A DNA stretch of 64,000 nt from Armatimonadota bacterium. GTDB lineage: Bacteria > Armatimonadota > HRBIN16. The notes beneath the pieces are model-generated. The model did no database searches. It was not told where the DNA came from and saw only the letters and a list, made by a program, of their open reading frames with translations. The stretch is from assembly GCA_963677485.1 (NCBI GenBank), contig OY781964.1:1632001-1696000 (forward strand), written 5' to 3'. Both the position numbers and the translations under genes were made by a program. Positions within the stretch are counted from its first letter, which is position 1, and each line of letters opens with the position of its first letter. Shown here in pieces: positions 58,619-64,000 of the stretch.

Positions 58619-59529
58619 GCACTGCCATTTCCCCCGCCACATGCGCTCACTATGGTGTAGAAAGGGTATGCCGAGTTTGGGAACAACCTCGCTCTACCTA
58701 CTATATGCAAATCACAGAGGTTGTTCATCCTGCTTTAAGCACACCCAGGCTAAAGCGTGGACCCAAGACCTCCGTTTCCGATGATGAACTATTGGAAGCG
58801 ATCAAGCTTGTAATCAATGGCTCTCCATTTCAAGGTGAAGGCTATAAGAAAATCCACGCGTCACTGCACTTTGGAGCACAGAAGTTGCGAGTGGGCAGGA
58901 ACCGTGTGCTTCGGCTAATGCGTAACAATGAGCTTCTATCGCCTTATCGCAGACCTAAGGCAGATACTAATCAACACAATGGAACGATCATTACTGATGC
59001 TCCCAATATCATGTGGGGTACTGACGGCACACAGGTGCGGACGGTTGATGATGGAAATATCTGGATATTCAGTGCGGTAGAACACTGGAACGGTGAGTGC
59101 GTAGGCATATATGTCTGCAAACTCGGTACCCGGTTCAACGCCGTTCAACCTGTGCTTGAAGGGGTTCAGGCTATATATGGCAGCGTAGAGCGTGCTGTCG
59201 CCAACGGGCTTACTCTGAGACTCGACAACGGATCCGCAAATTGCTCCGATCACTTCCAGTATGAAATCAAGCGGCTGGGGATCACACCCAGCTTCAGCTA
59301 TGTGCAACAGCCCCAGACAAATGGTGTGGTTGAGCGATTCAACCGGACACTAAAGGAACAGGTCATTTACGCACATGTATTTCAGAATGTCGACGAAGTG
59401 AGGGAAGCAGTGCTACAATTCAAACAGGAGTACAATCGTTCGTGGCGATTGGAGAAGATGGGATTCAAAACGCCGCTTGAAACCCGCCAGTGCTTTGTAG
59501 AAGAGCACTCCATTACAACTGCGGCTTAA
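58615..59529 (+). CDS. IS orfB, DDE integrase-core transposase
   Basis: WGTDGT, LRLDNGS, NGVVERFNRTLKE; ATGA overlap with the orfA stop. Confidence 0.92.
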   Translation: MSTAISPATCAHYGVERVCRVWEQPRSTYYMQITEVVHPALSTPRLKRGPKTSVSDDELLEAIKLVINGSPFQGEGYKKIHASLHFGAQKLRVGRNRVLRLMRNNELLSPYRRPKADTNQHNGTIITDAPNIMWGTDGTQVRTVDDGNIWIFSAVEHWNGECVGIYVCKLGTRFNAVQPVLEGVQAIYGSVERAVANGLTLRLDNGSANCSDHFQYEIKRLGITPSFSYVQQPQTNGVVERFNRTLKEQVIYAHVFQNVDEVREAVLQFKQEYNRSWRLEKMGFKTPLETRQCFVEEHSITTAA

Positions 59530-60899
59530 CACTAACCCGTGTCTGTGTAACCGGGTGCGATACACCACGAGTTATGATCTCTAGCTTCTTCAGGACATAG
59601 GTTGTAAGCATGTCCATCTTACATGATTGGTTTGGACATTCCTTCAAAACAGAAATAATGGCATCTTTGATATCTTTGAGAGGGACATTCTGAACTGGTC
59701 TGCGAAGAGCAGGAACCTGGGGAGCCTCGATATTACTAGATTGTCTGTTGTCCTGCTTCTGATGTGGTAGTTGATCACTAGCACTAATCGTTGACCCCGG
59801 TTTCTGAACCGTATCTAATGTTGAATCATCATGAAAATCTTGTCGATCACCAACATCATCTGTTTGATTGTGACTTTGAGGATATATTTGCTTTTGATCT
59901 AGATAGTCTACGAGTCCTTGCACTACAGATTCTTGATTGGCATAAAATGATGATTCCGTGATTCTGTAGAACTGCCAACCACATCTTTCTAACATTCGTT
60001 GACGTTGATTGTCATCGTCAAATCGATCTGGACCATGCCATGCATCCCCATCGCATTCCACTGCTAGTCTGCACGTACCCCCCTCAACTACAAGGTCAAT
60101 ACGCTTGCCTGCAACCTCATATTGCGGTAACACAGCGTATCCGCGTGCAGCTAAAGCAACGGCGACATCAACCTCAAACCAGCTTTCAAAGGGCAGCATC
60201 GGCTTAATTTGACTCCGATTGACATTTGTAGATGATCGAAGTATTTCCTCATATTGAATACCCGCAATATTCCTGTTAACTGGTTCCATGAAGAACTTTA
60301 CCAACCGTTGGCGGTAGTCGCTATTACTTAAGTCTTCTGGCCTTACGGAGCAAAACAACCACATTTGGTCTTTGGCCCGACTAGCTGCAACGTTAAATCT
60401 TCGTTTATCTTCATCCTTAGTGAGTGCGCCTATCCGCATGTTAGATGCAGCTACCATTGATAGGAATATAACATCACGCTCATCCCCTTGAAAACTATAC
60501 GGCTTACCGCATACTATCCGTCGTTTCCTAAACTCTTGAATGCCGATCTTATCTAGAAGAAGTTTCTGTATATAGTCGGCTTGAGCATCCCCTTGTAGTG
60601 TAATCACACCCATGGTCTTATCATTATAACGGGGATCATGACATATATTAGCAATAGTATCTACAAGAGCACTGGCTTCGTTCTTATTTATAACACGGCT
60701 TTGATCACCTTCACGAAATCCGTTCTTGATATACCGCCACTCTAGTGGGCGCAACCGATTGTCGCTAATCGGGTTACACTATACCAGCCCATTCGGCATG
60801 TGTGAGCCACCCATGTTCGGCATGACTATACCACTCTAGCCGTGTTTCTTTGCCCCTGACCGCCTAAATGATAGACACAGTTTTATCAGGAGGGCATAC

Positions 60900-62459
60900 A
60901 TGGAAAGGCTAAGAATGCAGATCATAGAAGAGATCATATTCCGACTGCGGCGTGGGCAGTCCCAACGAGCGATTTCTCGTGACACGGGCTGCGCTCGTAA
61001 CACCGTCAGCCAATACGCACAGTGGGCATCTCGACTTGGATACCTGGCTCCAGATTCAGATATGCCGAGTATGGAGGCATTTCGTGACACCTTACCGCAG
61101 CGCAAACGACGCAGTAATGTGTCTAGTGCTGAACCATACCGCGAAGTCATCGAGACTTATCTCCAGGCTCACATAGAGGCAGTGACCATCCACAACAACC
61201 TAAAGCGACTATACGGGTTTACCGGTAGCTACTCTTCGGTTATTCGCTTCATTAGCGGATTGACCCCCAAAGAGCAGTTGGCCATTATACGTCTAGAGAC
61301 AGATCCAGGAAAACAGGCCCAGGTTGACTTCGGATTTGTGGGGCAAATGAAGGACCCCGCAACAGGCAAGATGCGTTCAACGTATGCCTTCTTGATGACG
61401 CTATCACACTCTCGACATCAATACGTGGAGTTTGTATTCAATCAAAGGATACCCACATGGGTGAACTGCCATATCAACGCCTTTGAATTCTTCGGAGGCG
61501 TTCCAGAGGAACTTGTGATAGACAATCTAAAGTCAGCGGTTCTCAAAGCAGATATATACGACCCTGTCATCTCGGAGCCGTATCGGCAACTGGCCTTGCA
61601 CTACGACTTCCTCATTCATCCATGTAGAGTGAGAACCCCGGAGCATAAAGGAAAAGTGGAAAACGGGGTTCATTACGTGCAGCGAAACTTCATTGCAGGC
61701 CGGGAGTTCATGGATATCGACGAAGCGAACCTGCTTGTGAAGACCTGGATCACACAAGAGGCAGGTCTGCGTAACCATGGAACCACACATAAACAGCCAT
61801 TGGCGCAGTTCAATCAGGTAGAGAAGAGCACGCTTAAGTCATTACCAGACACGGAATTTGATCTCATTGAAGTTCGTAGTGCGAAAGTCCATCGGGACTG
61901 TCATGTTACAGTGTATGGTTCTTACTATTCCGTGCCCTACAGCTACATAGGCAGCCAAATGGACGTGCATCTGCACGAACGAGTGGTGCAGATATATGAT
62001 AACGACCATAAACTAGTTGGAACACATCAAAGAGCGACACAACAAGGGCAGCGCATTACCCGCATGACTGATTACCCAACACATAAAGTGGCCTATATGG
62101 TTCTTTTAATCGAGAATTGCCTGGAATTAGGGCATGACATCGGCCCCAGTTGTGTTACGGTGCTTAATGCTTTGCTGGCTGACAGGCCTGTAGACCGAAG
62201 ACAATCCGTGAAGAGGATCGTCCGGCTAGTTCAAACGTACAGCAGTAGTCGCCTGGAAGCGGCCTGCGCACGCTCTCTCTATTACCAAGATGGTAGTTAC
62301 CAACGCATTGCTAAGATACTGAGGGCCGGTACAGATCACGAGCCAATGGGAATAACATCTTCTCTTCCCCCTAAAAAAGACTACCTCTTCGCTCGTAGTG
62401 CCGACGAATTCATTTTGGTCAGTAATGCTGACACCAATATGGAGGTAGAAGCGTGTTAA
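60900..62459 (+). CDS. istA: IS21 transposase
   Basis: N-terminal HTH, QAQVDFG, FGGVP..LVIDNLK, KGKVENGV, YYSVPY. Confidence 0.95.
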   Translation: MERLRMQIIEEIIFRLRRGQSQRAISRDTGCARNTVSQYAQWASRLGYLAPDSDMPSMEAFRDTLPQRKRRSNVSSAEPYREVIETYLQAHIEAVTIHNNLKRLYGFTGSYSSVIRFISGLTPKEQLAIIRLETDPGKQAQVDFGFVGQMKDPATGKMRSTYAFLMTLSHSRHQYVEFVFNQRIPTWVNCHINAFEFFGGVPEELVIDNLKSAVLKADIYDPVISEPYRQLALHYDFLIHPCRVRTPEHKGKVENGVHYVQRNFIAGREFMDIDEANLLVKTWITQEAGLRNHGTTHKQPLAQFNQVEKSTLKSLPDTEFDLIEVRSAKVHRDCHVTVYGSYYSVPYSYIGSQMDVHLHERVVQIYDNDHKLVGTHQRATQQGQRITRMTDYPTHKVAYMVLLIENCLELGHDIGPSCVTVLNALLADRPVDRRQSVKRIVRLVQTYSSSRLEAACARSLYYQDGSYQRIAKILRAGTDHEPMGITSSLPPKKDYLFARSADEFILVSNADTNMEVEAC

Positions 62460-63220
62460 CTCACACACTGCTACCCAAGCTCAGGCAACTCAGATGGTCT
62501 GGCATGGTTGATAGCCTCGAAGAGAGAGCGGAGCTAGCCCGTGAGCAAAAGCTCTCACCAACGGAGTTCCTTGCGTTATTAGTAGATGATGAGCTTGAGC
62601 GACGCAGCCAAACTAAACAGGTAAAGATGGAGAAGGCGGCCTGTTTCGAGAACACGAAACTGCTGTCCCACTTCGACTTCAACGCTGTACCTACCCTTGA
62701 TCGTTCGCTGGTAAGGGAGATGGCGACCTGCCAGTTAATCGCTCAACATGCCAACTGGCTGGTGTGTGGTCCCACTGGTGTGGGCAAGACACATCTAGCC
62801 ACCGCCATAGGTTATGAGGCCATTAAGCGAAGCTACAGTGTTTATAACAGTTCTGTCCACAAGTTGCAACAGGAGATGTTTGCGGCCAGGGCAGACGATG
62901 CTTATACGCGGTTGATTAAGAAATTGGTCAACGTTGACCTCCTGATACTCGACGACTTTGGTCTTCGCCCCATCACAATTCAGGGAGCGGAAGACCTCTA
63001 CGAGATCATCCACCAGAGATACGAGAAGGGCAGTATTGTATTGACATCTAATCGGGCTCCCTCCGAATGGCCGGAGATGTTTGGCGACTCTCTTCTCGCT
63101 TCAGCTGCTATGGACAGATTGACTCACCATGCCCGGGTGACTGTTGTCACCGGTGAGAGCTATCGCCAAAGGCAGCGCAGAGGGGAGGTAAGCAAGCCGG
63201 ATAATGCATCCGTAGAGTGA
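62453..63220 (+). CDS. istB: IS21 ATPase helper
   Basis: GPTGVGKTHLA, LLILDDFG, TSNR, AAMDRLTHH. Confidence 0.96.
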   Translation: MLTHTLLPKLRQLRWSGMVDSLEERAELAREQKLSPTEFLALLVDDELERRSQTKQVKMEKAACFENTKLLSHFDFNAVPTLDRSLVREMATCQLIAQHANWLVCGPTGVGKTHLATAIGYEAIKRSYSVYNSSVHKLQQEMFAARADDAYTRLIKKLVNVDLLILDDFGLRPITIQGAEDLYEIIHQRYEKGSIVLTSNRAPSEWPEMFGDSLLASAAMDRLTHHARVTVVTGESYRQRQRRGEVSKPDNASVE

Positions 63221-64000
63221 GATACCGACGCATCCAACACTTACATTGGGCAATGAACACGAACTAGTCAAGTGGTATACATATGCCGAACATGGGTGGT
63301 AGTAATAAGGTGACTATTGACACCGATCAGGGGGATATTGTCGTAATGGGACCAAAGGAGAACTCGAATAACACATTTCATTGCTGAACCGGATGATTTC
63401 AGGCATGCACCTGAAGTGTTCGCGTAAGGAGACCTTGCTACTACCGTATCGAAGTCTACCGTGGTCAAAAAGACTGCTGTGTAGATCAAATGCAATAGTA
63501 TGTTGAAATCCTGACAATCGTTCACGTTGCATTAGGAAAACTTTGTCTTCGTTAATCCCGACGACCTCAGGGCTGATTTGCTGGTCATCTCCAACAATGA
63601 TGATCTTCTTAGCCAGATAAAACAAAGGAAGTGCCTCAATACTACACTGCGAGGCTTCGTCTATAATGATGACATCGAACATCCCTTGTCGTGGAGTGAT
63701 CGTGTCCCAAATCCTGTGGAGTGGCATGATCCACCCTGGAACGGCCTCGTTGCATTCGCTAAGATGCGTCTGGGCTTCACGACGGTATCGCCATGCTTGT
63801 TTCCCAGTAGCTTTCCCTAGCCTCTTCATCGCAAGCTGCCATGAGGTCATGTGTTCTTTGTGTTCGACGGCAAGACGAGAGAAACAGAACGACCAAGCAT
63901 GAAGAGACGCGAGTTCTGCAATGATCTTTTTAATCTCATCTTCGACTTGAATTGTTCTGACGGTAAGGGTTTCGTAGCCCGATTGATTGGAAAAAGAACG

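Larger units (their letters stand above)
58136..59564 (+). mobile_element. IS3/IS481-like DDE insertion sequence
   Basis: Imperfect IRs TGAGCGGCACCCG...ACAGACA / TGTATCGCACCCG...ACAGACA; 14-bp direct repeat CCACGAGTTATGAT at 58122-58135 and 59565-59578. Confidence 0.9.
60760..63322 (+). mobile_element. IS21-family element
   Basis: TG...CA ends, 5-bp TSD CCGAT at 60755-60759 and 63323-63327, subterminal repeats (ccacccatgttcggcat / atgccgaacatgggtgg). Confidence 0.93.
58004..64000 (-). pseudogene. SF1 (Upf1/DNA2-like) helicase fused to Vsr/DUF559-like nuclease, interrupted by two IS; 5' end off window
   Basis: Segments 63323-64000, 59565-60759 and 58004-58135 join in frame after IS removal; DEASQ, VGDDQQ, LREHFR, FQGDERD, FNVAASRAK, RIDLVV...VECDG. 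Confidence 0.88.

Overview
64-kb window from a diderm, sugar-degrading bacterium; Armatimonadota-like is my inference from the SLH/beta-barrel proteins ending in AQLSVKF. The backbone carries carbohydrate and housekeeping genes (GH1, ribulokinase, GH38, glycyl-radical enzyme, three URO-D/MtaA-like proteins, gcvH, ftcD, tatC, mutY, an ABC exporter and a two-component system). A tandem array of five SLH cell-envelope genes lies at 9.6-20.5 kb, and four of them share a covarying 5'UTR hairpin. Intergenic spaces hold several families of REP/MITE-like repeats. The clearest finding is a complete IS110 (IS621-like) element at 28.6-30.4 kb. Its bridge RNA can be read from the sequence, with target and donor guides matching the flanking REP site and the element's own circle junction, plus a junction-assembled promoter. 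The right end is an AT-richer SF1 helicase-Vsr-like nuclease gene interrupted by an IS21 element (5-bp TSD) and an IS3/IS481-like element (14-bp TSD). No rRNA, tRNA or CRISPR array was seen.
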